Origin: an uncultured Pseudomonadota bacterium
Lineage (GTDB): Bacteria; Pseudomonadota; Gammaproteobacteria; Burkholderiales; Rhodocyclaceae
DNA length: 36,523 nucleotides
Assembly: GCA_903939665.1 (NCBI GenBank)
Contig: CAJAHZ010000314.1
Coordinates: forward strand, 1-36,523
Direction: 5' to 3'
The notes under the pieces were generated by a model. That model did not search any database and was not told the origin of the DNA. It saw nothing but the letters and a program-made list of their open reading frames with translations. Every line of letters starts with the position of its first letter. Positions within the stretch are counted from its first letter, which is position 1. Both the position numbers and the translations under genes were made by a program. Positions 8,430 through 17,978 of this stretch are shown piece by piece.

Positions 8430-10961
8430 TCAGGCCTTGACCACCTTGCACGCGCACTTCTTGAAGTCCGTCTCTTTCGAGATCGGGCAAGTGGCGTCCA
8501 GTGTCAGCTTGTTGACCAGACGGTGTTCGTCGAAGAAAGGCACGAAGACGAGGCCAACCGGCGGCTTGTTGCGGCCACGGGTTTCCACGCGCAACTGGAT
8601 GTCGCCGCGACGGGTCGCCGTCTTGACCAGATCGCCGCGCTGCAACCCGCGCTTCTTCGCATCGTCCGGATGCATGTAAATCCACGCATCGGGCATCGCC
8701 TTATAAAGCTCGGGAACACGACGTGTCATCGAACCGGTATGCCAATGCTCAAGCACACGACCGGTGCACAACCAGAGATCGTATTCTTCGTCGGGCATTT
8801 CGGCAGCCGGCTGATAAGGGAGCGCAAAAATAACGGCCTTGCCATCGGGGTTGCCGTAGAACTTGACCCCTTCGCCCTTCTTGACGTACGGATCGAAGCC
8901 CTCACGGAAGCGCCACAGCGTTTCCTTGCCATCGACCACCGGCCAACGCAAGCCGCGCGCCTGATGGTAGGTATCAAACTCGGCAAGGTCGTGCCCATGG
9001 CCGCGGCCAAAGGTCGCGTATTCCTCGAACAAGCCCTTTTGCAGATAGAAACCAACGGCTTTCGATTCGTCGTTGTCAAAACCCTTGTAGGTCTCGGTCA
9101 GCGGGAACTTGTTAACCTGGCCGTTGGTGTAGAGCACTTCATACAGCGTCTTGCCCTTATATTCAGGGTTCTTCTCAAGCAGCGCCGCCGGCCATACTTC
9201 GTCGGTCGTGAAACGCTTGGAAAACTCGAGGAACTGCCACAAGTCTGACTTGGCCTGGCCCGGCGCCTTGACCTGCTGACGCCAAAACTGGGTGCGACGC
9301 TCGGCATTGCCGAAGGCGCCCTCTTTCTCCATCCACATGGCAGCCGGCAGAATCAGGTCGGCGGACATCGCCGAAACCGTCGGGTAGCAGTCAGAGACAA
9401 CGATAAAGTTGTCCGGATTGCGCCAGCCGGGGAAGGTTTCGCCGTTGATGTTCGGCCCGGCCTGCATGTTGTTGTTGGTTGTCGACCAGTAGAAATTGAT
9501 CTTGCCGTCCTTCAGCAGGCGGCTCTGCGCCACAGCGTGCGCGCCGATCCAGTCGGGAATGCTGCCGGCGGGCAGCTTCCAGAGCTTCTCCGACAACTCG
9601 CGGTGCTTCGGGTTGGTCACCACCATGTCGGCAGGCAAGCGATGCGCGAAGGTACCCACTTCACGTGCCGTGCCGCAGGCGGAAGGCTGGCCAGTGAGCG
9701 AGAACGGGCTGTTGCCTGGCTCGGAAATCTTGCCGACCAGCAAATGCACGTTGTAGATCATGTTATTGGCCCAGGTGCCGCGCGTATGCTGGTTGAAACC
9801 CATGGTCCAGAAGGAGACGACCTTGGTCTTCGGATCGGCGTAGGTCTTGGCCAGCGCCTCAAGCTTCTCTTTCGGCACGCCGGAAATTTCATGCGCCTTA
9901 TCGAGCGTGTACTCGGCAACGAAAGCCTTGAACTCATCAAAACTCATCGGGCTGGCGCCCGCCGGATTGCCCTTCGGCTTGCCGTCTTCGCCCGGATAGC
10001 CGTTGTTCATGGCCACTTTTTCGAGCGGGTGATTCGGGCGCAGGCCGTAACCGATGTCGGTCACCCCCTTCTTGAAGGTGACATGCTTGGCAACAAAATC
10101 CTGATTCACCGCGTTGTTCTGGATGATGTAGTTGCAGATGTAATTCATGATCGCCAGATCGCTCTGCGGCTTGAAGATCAACTCGCTGTCGGCAAGTTCG
10201 GTCGAGCGATGACTGAAAGTCGACAGCACGTTGATCTTGACGTCCTTGCCGGTCAAACGGCGATCGGTAATGCGCGACCAGAGAATCGGGTGCATCTCGG
10301 CCATATTCGAGCCCCACAGCACGAAGGCGTCGGTTTGCTCGATATCGTCGTAGCACCCCATCGGCTCATCGATACCGAAAGTGCGCATGAAGCCGGCAAC
10401 GGCGGAGGCCATGCAATGACGGGCATTCGGGTCGAGGTTATTGGTCAGGAAACCGGCCTTCATCAGCTTGGCGGCGGCGTAGCCTTCCCAGATGGTCCAT
10501 TGACCTGAACCAAACATCGCGATGTTGCGCGGGCCGCCCTTCTTGAGCGCAGTCTTGCACTTGTCGGCCATGATGTCGAAAGCGGCATCCCAGGAAATCG
10601 GTGCGAATTCGCCATTCTTGTCGAACTTGCCGTCCTTCATGCGCAGCAACGGCGACGTCAGGCGGTCGTTGCCGTATTGGATCTTCGAGAGAAAATAACC
10701 CTTGATGCAGTTCAGCCCCTTATTGACCGGTGCGTCGGGATCGCCCTGGGTAGCGACAATGCGGCCACCTTTGGTGCCCACCAACACGCCACAACCGGTG
10801 CCGCAATAGCGACAGGCGCCCTTGTCCCAACGCACACCGTCATCCTTCTTGGCGGCAGCGGCGGCGTCAGCCAAGCCGGGAACGGTAATGCCGGCAGCAG
10901 CGGCAGCGGCAGCAACAGCGTTGCTCTTGATAAAGTCACGACGCGTCAAAGTCAGTTTCAT
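8430..10961 (-). CDS. napA: Periplasmic nitrate reductase catalytic subunit NapA (Mo-bisMGD, 4Fe-4S)
   Basis: Tat signal [20 protein letters not shown] and N-terminal cluster CRYCGTGCG. 843 aa, molybdopterin oxidoreductase-like throughout. Confidence 0.95.
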   Translation of the reverse strand: MKLTLTRRDFIKSNAVAAAAAAAGITVPGLADAAAAAKKDDGVRWDKGACRYCGTGCGVLVGTKGGRIVATQGDPDAPVNKGLNCIKGYFLSKIQYGNDRLTSPLLRMKDGKFDKNGEFAPISWDAAFDIMADKCKTALKKGGPRNIAMFGSGQWTIWEGYAAAKLMKAGFLTNNLDPNARHCMASAVAGFMRTFGIDEPMGCYDDIEQTDAFVLWGSNMAEMHPILWSRITDRRLTGKDVKINVLSTFSHRSTELADSELIFKPQSDLAIMNYICNYIIQNNAVNQDFVAKHVTFKKGVTDIGYGLRPNHPLEKVAMNNGYPGEDGKPKGNPAGASPMSFDEFKAFVAEYTLDKAHEISGVPKEKLEALAKTYADPKTKVVSFWTMGFNQHTRGTWANNMIYNVHLLVGKISEPGNSPFSLTGQPSACGTAREVGTFAHRLPADMVVTNPKHRELSEKLWKLPAGSIPDWIGAHAVAQSRLLKDGKINFYWSTTNNNMQAGPNINGETFPGWRNPDNFIVVSDCYPTVSAMSADLILPAAMWMEKEGAFGNAERRTQFWRQQVKAPGQAKSDLWQFLEFSKRFTTDEVWPAALLEKNPEYKGKTLYEVLYTNGQVNKFPLTETYKGFDNDESKAVGFYLQKGLFEEYATFGRGHGHDLAEFDTYHQARGLRWPVVDGKETLWRFREGFDPYVKKGEGVKFYGNPDGKAVIFALPYQPAAEMPDEEYDLWLCTGRVLEHWHTGSMTRRVPELYKAMPDAWIYMHPDDAKKRGLQRGDLVKTATRRGDIQLRVETRGRNKPPVGLVFVPFFDEHRLVNKLTLDATCPISKETDFKKCACKVVKA

Positions 10962-10964
10962 CTC

Positions 10965-11213
10965 TCAGGCCTCCTCATCAGGATCAGATTCATATTGGTG
11001 ATAAACCATCGCCGCCGAAAGCACCCCCGGCTGCCGGTTGATCTCCGCAAACATATTGGCAACCGCTTGATCGGAGTCCGCTTCGATCGTCACGATCAAT
11101 CGTCCATCCTCAGTCGCCGCATGCACTTCAACACCGCTCAACGCCAGCAGGCCTTCCTGCACCTGACTGATCCTCTCGGGTCGGGCGTTGACCAGCACAC
11201 TGGAAATATTCAT
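10965..11213 (-). CDS. napD: NapA chaperone NapD
   Basis: Small protein directly upstream of napA (3-nt gap). MNISSVLVNARPE resembles the NapD N-terminus. The ORF-track start at 11225 is GTG; ATG at 11213 is preferred. Confidence 0.8.
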   Translation of the reverse strand: MNISSVLVNARPERISQVQEGLLALSGVEVHAATEDGRLIVTIEADSDQAVANMFAEINRQPGVLSAAMVYHQYESDPDEEA

Positions 11214-11326
11214 CGGTTGAAACACTCCACACGGGTTGCCGGCTTCCCGGACAGGAAAGCTGGCTGCATCGTTTCTGTACGCTTTCCATCAGGGCACTAC
11301 TCTAGTCCGCTCGACACCAACAATTC

Positions 11327-11340
11327 TTGATGCATATCAA
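11327..11340. promoter_or_regulatory. Perfect FNR/CRP-family box TTGAT-GCAT-ATCAA upstream of napD
   Basis: Exact match to the TTGAT-N4-ATCAA consensus. It lies 114 nt upstream of the napD ATG, in the only sizeable non-coding gap before the operon. Confidence 0.7.
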
Positions 11341-11363
11341 GCGCAGAAAAAAATCCCTAGAAT

Positions 11364-12173
11364 TTATGGGTGAATACGGCACTTAATCAATCCGGGTAGT
11401 ACCGAACAGGCATTTTCGGCGGTAGCGGCGCCTAACTGCGCGACTGAAATACCGCGCAGATCGGCCAGCAGTGCGGCGATCGCGGGAAGGTACTGCGGCG
11501 AATTGCGGGCTTGTCCGATGAACTGCGGAGGCATGTCCGGCGCGTCAGTTTCCAGAACAAGGTGCTCCAACGGCAAGCTTGCAGCCAGTTGGCGGATGCG
11601 CAAAGACCCGGAGAACGTCATTGCACCGCCAAAACCCAGCTTGAAACCCAGATCAATGAAGGCCTGCGCCTGCTGGCGGCTACCGTTGAAGGCATGCGCG
11701 ATGCCCCCGGGCCCCGCCCGTTTGCCAAAGATGCGCCGCAAGTGCTTGAGAACGACGTCCTGCGCACGCCGGATGTGCAACAGGACGGGCAAGCCAAGGT
11801 CACGAGCGATTTTCAGTTGCTCGACGAAAAAGTGCTCCTGGCGCGCCGCGTCGAAACCCGGCACGAAGAAATCGAGGCCGATTTCACCGACCGCAACCGG
11901 CGGATAGGGGCCGGCCAGCTCACTCTCCAGCCATTTCCGCAGCGTGCCAAGATCCGCATCGCTGGCGCGGTCAACAAAAAGCGGATGAATCCCATAGGCC
12001 GGGACACAACCGGTATAACGCACGCAACACTCGCGCACAGCGGCAAAGTTGCCCGTTTCAACCGCCGGCACAACGATGGTCGAAACCCCTGCCGCCCGCG
12101 CCGTGGCGGCCACTGCATCGCGGTCCGCGGCAAATTCCTCGGCATCGAGATGGCAGTGGGTATCGATCAGCAT
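11364..12173 (-). CDS. TatD-family metal-dependent hydrolase/DNase (YjjV/TatD-like)
   Basis: Starts MLIDTHCHLDAEEF (TatD HxH motif). The ATG at 12173 lies 7 nt after the upstream gene's stop. The ORF-track extension to 12431 overlaps that gene and is rejected. Confidence 0.8.
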   Translation of the reverse strand: MLIDTHCHLDAEEFAADRDAVAATARAAGVSTIVVPAVETGNFAAVRECCVRYTGCVPAYGIHPLFVDRASDADLGTLRKWLESELAGPYPPVAVGEIGLDFFVPGFDAARQEHFFVEQLKIARDLGLPVLLHIRRAQDVVLKHLRRIFGKRAGPGGIAHAFNGSRQQAQAFIDLGFKLGFGGAMTFSGSLRIRQLAASLPLEHLVLETDAPDMPPQFIGQARNSPQYLPAIAALLADLRGISVAQLGAATAENACSVLPGLIKCRIHP

Positions 12174-12180
12174 CGGGGCT

Positions 12181-12987
12181 TCAGCCCTCGGCGGCATCCT
12201 GGCCATAACGCGCCTTGCGTTTCTCAAAGAAGGCGGCCAATCCCTCACTGAAATCCGCATGCGCACCGCAGGCGGCAAAAGATCGCTGCTCGGCAAGCAG
12301 TTGTGATTCAAGTGATGTTTCAAGCGATTGGTTGAGCAAAGCCTTGGTGCGCGCCAGCGCCTCGGTCGGCCCGGCGGCCAGACGTTGCGCGAGATCCAGC
12401 GCCGCCGCCTCCAACTCGGCAAGCGGCACAACGCGGTTGATCAGCCCCAGCTCGCACGCCCGCGCCGCATCAAAACGATCGCCAAACAACGCGATCTCCA
12501 TCGCCTGCTTGAGCCCGACCTGGCGTGGCAGCGACCAGGTCGCACCACCATCGGGCGACAGGGCAATGTTGCTGTAGGCGAGAGTAAAGTAGGCATTCTC
12601 CGCAGCCAGCGCGAGATCGGCAGCCATCATCAGCGACAGGCCAAATCCGGCAACAGCGCCGTGCACGGCGGCAATCACCGGCTTGTTCATGTGCTTGAGG
12701 CTGAGTATCGAGGCATGCACTGCCGCAATGATTGCCTCAAAACGCGGCTGGCGTGCCTCGGGCGGCAGCGCGAGTTGCTCGCGGAACCACTTGAGGTCGC
12801 CGCCGGCCATGAAGTGATCGCCGGCCCCCCGCAGGATCACCACGCGCACCGTCGGATCGAAAGCAACCCGCGCGGCGGCGGCGCGCAGATCGTCGATCAT
12901 CGCCAGATTGAGCGCATTGAGCGCCTCGGGCCGATTGAGCGTCAGGGTGGCAATGTGGTCCTGCACTGCGTAGGTCACAGTCGTCAT
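12181..12987 (-). CDS. Enoyl-CoA hydratase/isomerase (crotonase) family protein
   Basis: Typical crotonase N-terminus (ATLTLNRPEALNALN, RVVILRGAG-HFMAGGDLK) and length (268 aa). Confidence 0.8.
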   Translation of the reverse strand: MTTVTYAVQDHIATLTLNRPEALNALNLAMIDDLRAAAARVAFDPTVRVVILRGAGDHFMAGGDLKWFREQLALPPEARQPRFEAIIAAVHASILSLKHMNKPVIAAVHGAVAGFGLSLMMAADLALAAENAYFTLAYSNIALSPDGGATWSLPRQVGLKQAMEIALFGDRFDAARACELGLINRVVPLAELEAAALDLAQRLAAGPTEALARTKALLNQSLETSLESQLLAEQRSFAACGAHADFSEGLAAFFEKRKARYGQDAAEG

Positions 12988-13014
12988 GCGGTCTCCTGCG
13001 CGATGATTTTGCGC

Positions 13015-14250
13015 TTATAAAAAACTGAATCGCGGCTCGGGCGGTCGGCCGCTGACAATGTCGGCCAATGCGGCAGCGGAGCCGCAGGCCATGGTCCAGC
13101 CAAGCGTCCCGTGCCCGGTATTGAGGTAAAGATTGGGGATCGCCGAGCGCCCGATGAAAGGAACATTCGACGGCGTTGCTGGACGCAGGCCGCACCAGAA
13201 TTCAGGTGCGCCGACCGGACGCAACCCGGGAAACAATGTCCCGGCGCGCTGCATCAAAGCCGCGCAGCGTACGGGATTAAGCTCGCTGTTGTAACCGTTG
13301 AACTCGGCGGTTCCGGCGATACGCAGACGCTGGCCGAGACGGGAAAAAACAATCTTGTGGCCGTCATCGGTGAGGCTGACGCTGGGCGCGATGCTGTCCT
13401 CAGCGAGCGCCAGCGTCGCCGAATAACCCTTGGCCGGATAGACCGGCAGGCAGAGCCCGAGTGGGCGCAGCAAGAGCGGCGTGTAGCTGCCAAGTGCGGC
13501 GACGTAGGCGTCCGCCGTGAGCAACTCATCGCCCGCCACCACGCCGGCAATCTGGCCGCCGCCAGTCGCCAGCTTTTCAATCGCCAGCCCGTAACGAAAG
13601 ACCACGCCGCGCGCCGCGCACAGTGCGGCAAGCTGTTGCGTAAAGCGATGCGCATCACCGGATTCATCCGCCGCTGTATAGTCCCCGCCCACCAGCAGGG
13701 AGCGTACCGCCGCCAGCGCCGGCTCAATGGCGACACACTCATCGGCGTCAATCACCCGTCGCTCGCAGCCGAATTCGCGCATCAGCGCTGCCGCTTCACC
13801 GGCTGCCGCGAACTCCCCGCGGTCGGTATAAATGTGCAGGATGCCGCGCTCAAGATGATCGTAGACGATTGAGGTCTCCGCCCGCAGCGCCTGCAACTGG
13901 CCTCGGCTATAGGTGGCCAGTGCGACGATGTTGCGGATGTTGGCACGCGTTCGCCCCGGCGTGCACTCGCGCAAGAAGCGCAAGCTCCAGTCGAACAGCG
14001 CCGGGTCCCAGCGCAAACGAAAAAGCAGCGGCGCATCCTCGCGCCCGAGCCATGACAAGGCGCGCAAAGGGGCATGCGGATTGGACCACGGCTCGGCGTG
14101 CGAAACTGAAATCTGGCCGCCGTTGGCAAAGCTGGTCTCCAGACCTGCAGCCGGCTGACGATCGATCACCGTCACCTCGTGCCCGGCCTTGGCCAGATAC
14201 CACGCGCTGCTGACGCCGACGACGCCGGCGCCAAGAACGAGAACCTTCAA
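13015..14250 (-). CDS. dadA: FAD-dependent D-amino-acid dehydrogenase family protein (DadA-like)
   Basis: Colinear with E. coli DadA as remembered ([28 protein letters not shown] ... [16 protein letters not shown]). The only sensible start is TTG at 14250, preceded by GGAGTGAGGG, 4 nt after the spoT stop. The ORF-track N-terminal extension overlaps spoT. Confidence 0.75.
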   Translation of the reverse strand: [411 protein letters not shown]

Positions 14251-14254
14251 ACCC

Positions 14255-16435
14255 TCACTCCCGCTCGCGCGCGATACGCACGACTTCCGGGACGTGCCGC
14301 AGGCTGCGCAAGAGCTGCGCCAGATGTGCGCGGCCAGAAACCTGAACGATGAAATGCAGCACCGTATACAGGCCCGGACTCTGCTCTTCCATGCTGACGT
14401 TTTCGATGTTCGAGCCGACATCCGAGATGCCGGTCGCGATGCGCCCGAGAACGCCGCGCGCATTCTTGGCGGTGATCCGGATGCGCACGTTGAAGAGCTT
14501 GCCGGGCTCCGGCTCCCACTCGACGTCTATCCATTTTTGCGGCTCGCTGCCGCGTGACTTGCGGATCACCGGACAATCGTGGGTATGGACAACCAGGCCC
14601 TGCCCCTTGCGGATCGAGCCGATGATCGGATCGCCGGGAATCGGCTGGCAGCACGGCGCCAGTTGTATGGCCATACCCTCGGTGCCGCGAATGACCAGCG
14701 CGGCTGGCGTACTGCCTTCCGGGTGCAGCGCCTCATCACGCGGCAGCAGGCGACGCGCAACGACAGCGGCCAGACGGCGCCCCAGACCGATATCGGTATA
14801 AACATCCTTCATCGACTTGCCGCCGGAATCGCGCATCACCTGCTCCCAGCCAGTCGCTTCAACCGACCCCGGGTCGACACCCAGCGCGCGCAATTCCTGG
14901 TTCAGCATATGCTCGCCGAGCGAAGCCGATTCATCATGCTGCATGGTTTTCAGGAAATGGCGGATCTTGCTGCGCGCCCGACCGGTCTTGATATACGAGA
15001 GCCATGCCGGGCTCGGGTTGGCATGGGCTGCGGTGATGATCTCAAGTTGATCGCCGTTGCACAATTCGGTGCGCAATGGCATCAGCTCATAATTGATACG
15101 GGCCGCCACGCAGTGATTGCCGATGTCGGTGTGCACCGCATAAGCGAAGTCCACGGCCGTCGCGCCGCGCGGCAGTGCCATGATCTTGCCCTTGGGCGTG
15201 AAAACGTAAACTTCGTCAGGAAAGAGGTCGACCTTGACGTGCTCGAAGAACTCCGACGAATCACCCGCCGTACTCTGCAATTCAAGCAGGGACTGCAGCC
15301 ACTTGTGCGTTTTTAACTGCAGGTCGGCGCCGGACTCCTCGCTATCCTTGTACAGCCAGTGCGATGCAACGCCTTCCTGCGCAACGTGATGCATGCTTTC
15401 AGTGCGTATCTGCACCTCGACCGGCGTGCCATAAGGGCCAATCAGCGCGGTGTGCAGCGACTGGTAACCATTGGCTTTGGGGATCGCGATGTAATCCTTG
15501 AACTTCCCCGGCACCGGCTTGTACAGCGAGTGCAGTGCACCGAGTGCCAGATAGCAGGTCGGCACGTCGCCGACGACGACACGAAAACCGTAGATGTCGA
15601 GCACCTGCGAAAAGCTCAAGTGCTTTTCGGCCATCTTGCGATAAATCGAATAAAGGCTCTTCTCGCGACCGAACACCTGCGCCTCGATTCCGGCATCGCG
15701 CATCTTGCCCTGGATACCGTCGAGAATCCGTGACAGCAGCTCGCGCCGGTTGCCGCGCGAGGCGCGCAAAGCCCGCTCGAGCACGCGTGCGCGCATCGGG
15801 TAGATATGCTCGAAGGACAGATCCTGCAACTGACGGAAAAGCTTGTTCAGTCCGAGCCGGTTGGCAATCGGCGCGTAGATTTCAAGCGTTTCGTGGGCGA
15901 TGCGGCGGCGCTTGTCGGCGCGTACGGCGGACATTGTCTGCAGATTGTGCAGGCGGTCGGCGAGCTTGATCAGCACAACACGCAAATCGCGCGCCATGGC
16001 CATCAGCATCTTGCGGAAATTCTCGGCCTGCGCTTCTTCGTAAGACTGGAACTCGATCTTGTCGAGCTTGGAGAGGCCATCAACCAGATCGGCCACCGAT
16101 TTGCCGAAACGCTCGGCAATCTCGGCTTTGGTGACCACCGTGTCTTCCATCACATCGTGCAGCAAGGCGGCAATCACCGCCTGCGCATCCATGTGCCATT
16201 CGGCCAGCGCACCGGCTACCGCCAGCGGATGCGTGATATAGGGTTCGCCGGAAAGGCGCTTCTGCCCTTGGTGCGCCGCATCGCCGAACCGGTAGGCTTC
16301 GCGGATGAGCTGAATTTCTTCGGGCTGGAGGTAGCTCAGGCTATCAATGAAGACCCGGAACGCCGGATCTTCAGCGGGCAACGAATGAGAATTTGAAGCG
16401 TAGGGTACAGGCGTACTAGCGGCGGCCTTGGTCAT
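14255..16435 (-). CDS. spoT: Bifunctional (p)ppGpp synthetase/hydrolase (RSH family, SpoT-type)
   Basis: HD motif HDVMEDT, a RelA/SpoT synthetase region, and TGS and ACT-like C-terminal parts. 726 aa, directly downstream of rpoZ as in the classic gmk-rpoZ-spoT arrangement. Confidence 0.9.
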   Translation of the reverse strand: MTKAAASTPVPYASNSHSLPAEDPAFRVFIDSLSYLQPEEIQLIREAYRFGDAAHQGQKRLSGEPYITHPLAVAGALAEWHMDAQAVIAALLHDVMEDTVVTKAEIAERFGKSVADLVDGLSKLDKIEFQSYEEAQAENFRKMLMAMARDLRVVLIKLADRLHNLQTMSAVRADKRRRIAHETLEIYAPIANRLGLNKLFRQLQDLSFEHIYPMRARVLERALRASRGNRRELLSRILDGIQGKMRDAGIEAQVFGREKSLYSIYRKMAEKHLSFSQVLDIYGFRVVVGDVPTCYLALGALHSLYKPVPGKFKDYIAIPKANGYQSLHTALIGPYGTPVEVQIRTESMHHVAQEGVASHWLYKDSEESGADLQLKTHKWLQSLLELQSTAGDSSEFFEHVKVDLFPDEVYVFTPKGKIMALPRGATAVDFAYAVHTDIGNHCVAARINYELMPLRTELCNGDQLEIITAAHANPSPAWLSYIKTGRARSKIRHFLKTMQHDESASLGEHMLNQELRALGVDPGSVEATGWEQVMRDSGGKSMKDVYTDIGLGRRLAAVVARRLLPRDEALHPEGSTPAALVIRGTEGMAIQLAPCCQPIPGDPIIGSIRKGQGLVVHTHDCPVIRKSRGSEPQKWIDVEWEPEPGKLFNVRIRITAKNARGVLGRIATGISDVGSNIENVSMEEQSPGLYTVLHFIVQVSGRAHLAQLLRSLRHVPEVVRIARERE

Positions 16436-16465
16436 GATTGCACACCACGCCGCCGGCCCGGACGG

Positions 16466-16672
16466 TCAGGCTTGACCGCGGTTGAGGACTTCCAGACCGA
16501 ATTTGCCCAGCGCAAGCTCACGCAGGGCGATGACGGTCGGCTTGTCGCGGTCGGCATCAACCATCGGCGTCGCACCGGCAGCAATTTGACGGGCGCGATA
16601 GGTCGCAGCCAGAGTCATCTGGAAACGATTCGGGATGCGGTGCAGACAATCGTCTACGGTTACTCGTGCCAT
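16466..16672 (-). CDS. rpoZ: RNA polymerase omega subunit
   Basis: [15 protein letters not shown].....A..RARQ signature; 68 aa. Confidence 0.9.
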   Translation of the reverse strand: MARVTVDDCLHRIPNRFQMTLAATYRARQIAAGATPMVDADRDKPTVIALRELALGKFGLEVLNRGQA

Positions 16673-16690
16673 GTCAAAATCCTAATAAAA

Positions 16691-17299
16691 TCAAAGCAAT
16701 GTTGTAAACAAAACCGGGTTGCGCTGGCACTGGGCTGAATAACGCAGCCGCGACGCCCGCACGACCGACAACAAATCGGCAAGCGCCTGCTGTAAATCGT
16801 CGTTAACTATAACATAGTCGAATTCAGCCACATGCCGCATCTCGTCTCGCGCCGCAGCCATCCGCCGGGCTATTGTTTGCGCGCTGTCGGTACCGCGCCC
16901 GGAAAGCCGGCGCTGCAACTCATCCAGCGAGGGCGGCAAAACAAAAACGCCGATCGCCGCCGGAAACAACTTGCGTACCTGTTGCGCGCCCTGCCAGTCG
17001 ATTTCGACCAGCACATCACGGCCCGCAGCCATCTCGGCCTCGATCCAGCTTTTCGAGGTGCCGTAATAGTTGCCGTGCACCTCGGCCCACTCAAGAAAAT
17101 CACCGCTCTCGGTCTTGCTCAGAAAATCGGGCACGCTGACAAAATGGTACTCGCGGCCTTCAACTTCCCCATTGCGCGGACCCCGCGTCGTGTAGGAGAT
17201 GGACAGGCGGATGCCTGGATCGTTCTCCAGCAGCAAGCGCACCAGCGTCGTTTTACCCGCGCCGGAGGGTGCAGTAACAATATAGAGATGTCCCGCCAT
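16691..17299 (-). CDS. gmk: Guanylate kinase
   Basis: P-loop APSGAGKTTL and the motif YTTR.PR.GE..G..Y.F; 202 aa. Confidence 0.9.
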   Translation of the reverse strand: MAGHLYIVTAPSGAGKTTLVRLLLENDPGIRLSISYTTRGPRNGEVEGREYHFVSVPDFLSKTESGDFLEWAEVHGNYYGTSKSWIEAEMAAGRDVLVEIDWQGAQQVRKLFPAAIGVFVLPPSLDELQRRLSGRGTDSAQTIARRMAAARDEMRHVAEFDYVIVNDDLQQALADLLSVVRASRLRYSAQCQRNPVLFTTLL

Positions 17300-17333
17300 G
17301 GTTTCCGTTCAAGTTCAGTGTGTTTCTATCGGC

Positions 17334-17978
17334 TCAGCGCTTGTCTGCCGTCTTCGCGCTGCTGACTGCGCGAGAATACAGCGCGTTGAGTGCGGCGATC
17401 TGCGAATCTCCGGGATTTTTCTCCCGCAACGCCTTGAGAACGCCTTCGAGCTTGTCAAATTCGCGCAATTCAAGATAACTCGCCAGCAGATAGAGTTCCG
17501 GACTGCGATCGCCCGCTTCGGCGTTTTGACGCAAATCGGCGTAATCCTTTTCAACCGCCTCAAGCGTGCCGCCGGAAGATATCGAACGCATGCGAATCAC
17601 GCCTGCCTTGACGCTGCCGTCAAGCGCCGGGGTTTTTGACAGTTGTTTGACAAGGATCGCCGGCAAGGTCCGAACTTCGGCCTGCACGCCCCCCTTCACG
17701 ACCTTGCTCGAGATGCTGCCAACCTCGATTGCGCCAGCGCCCTGCCAGGTTTCCTGCCGACCACCGTCAAAAAAAACCAACTGCACCCGCGATTTTTCCT
17801 GCAACGTCAAGCGGTCTCCCTCGCGAAGCTTGACGAAGGGCTTCAGTTCGCTGGCGGCAGATTTCTCTTCCTGCAACGTAACGCCGCCGGATAATGCCGT
17901 CACCAGCCCGACCTCGACGGCCCACGCGTTGCCCGACAGGAGCATCAACAACGCCCACAGCCACCCCGTTTTACGCAT
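17334..17978 (-). CDS. Secreted FecR-like / TPR-like protein; probable periplasmic partner of the upstream CHASE2 cyclase
   Basis: Signal peptide MRKTGWLWALLMLLSGNAWA. The beta-rich stretch GGVTLQ...LREGDRLTL.EKSRVQLVFFDG resembles FecR-domain proteins (tentative). Helical C-terminus. The ATG at 17978 overlaps the cyclase stop (ATGCGTAA). Confidence 0.6.
   Translation of the reverse strand: MRKTGWLWALLMLLSGNAWAVEVGLVTALSGGVTLQEEKSAASELKPFVKLREGDRLTLQEKSRVQLVFFDGGRQETWQGAGAIEVGSISSKVVKGGVQAEVRTLPAILVKQLSKTPALDGSVKAGVIRMRSISSGGTLEAVEKDYADLRQNAEAGDRSPELYLLASYLELREFDKLEGVLKALREKNPGDSQIAALNALYSRAVSSAKTADKR

Noticed and set aside
11364-12431. N-terminal extensions offered by the ORF track for several genes: the tatD-like gene to 12431, the dadA-like gene to 14463, trmB to 28044, thiG to 28730, the ankyrin gene to 26750, MFS to 36202, the ANTAR gene to 34807, ZIP from 4998 and napF from 1363
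   Set aside because: The extensions overlap the neighbouring gene or a terminator, and some start at TTG or GTG. They precede internal starts that coincide with the conserved N-termini of the families, so the shorter models were used.
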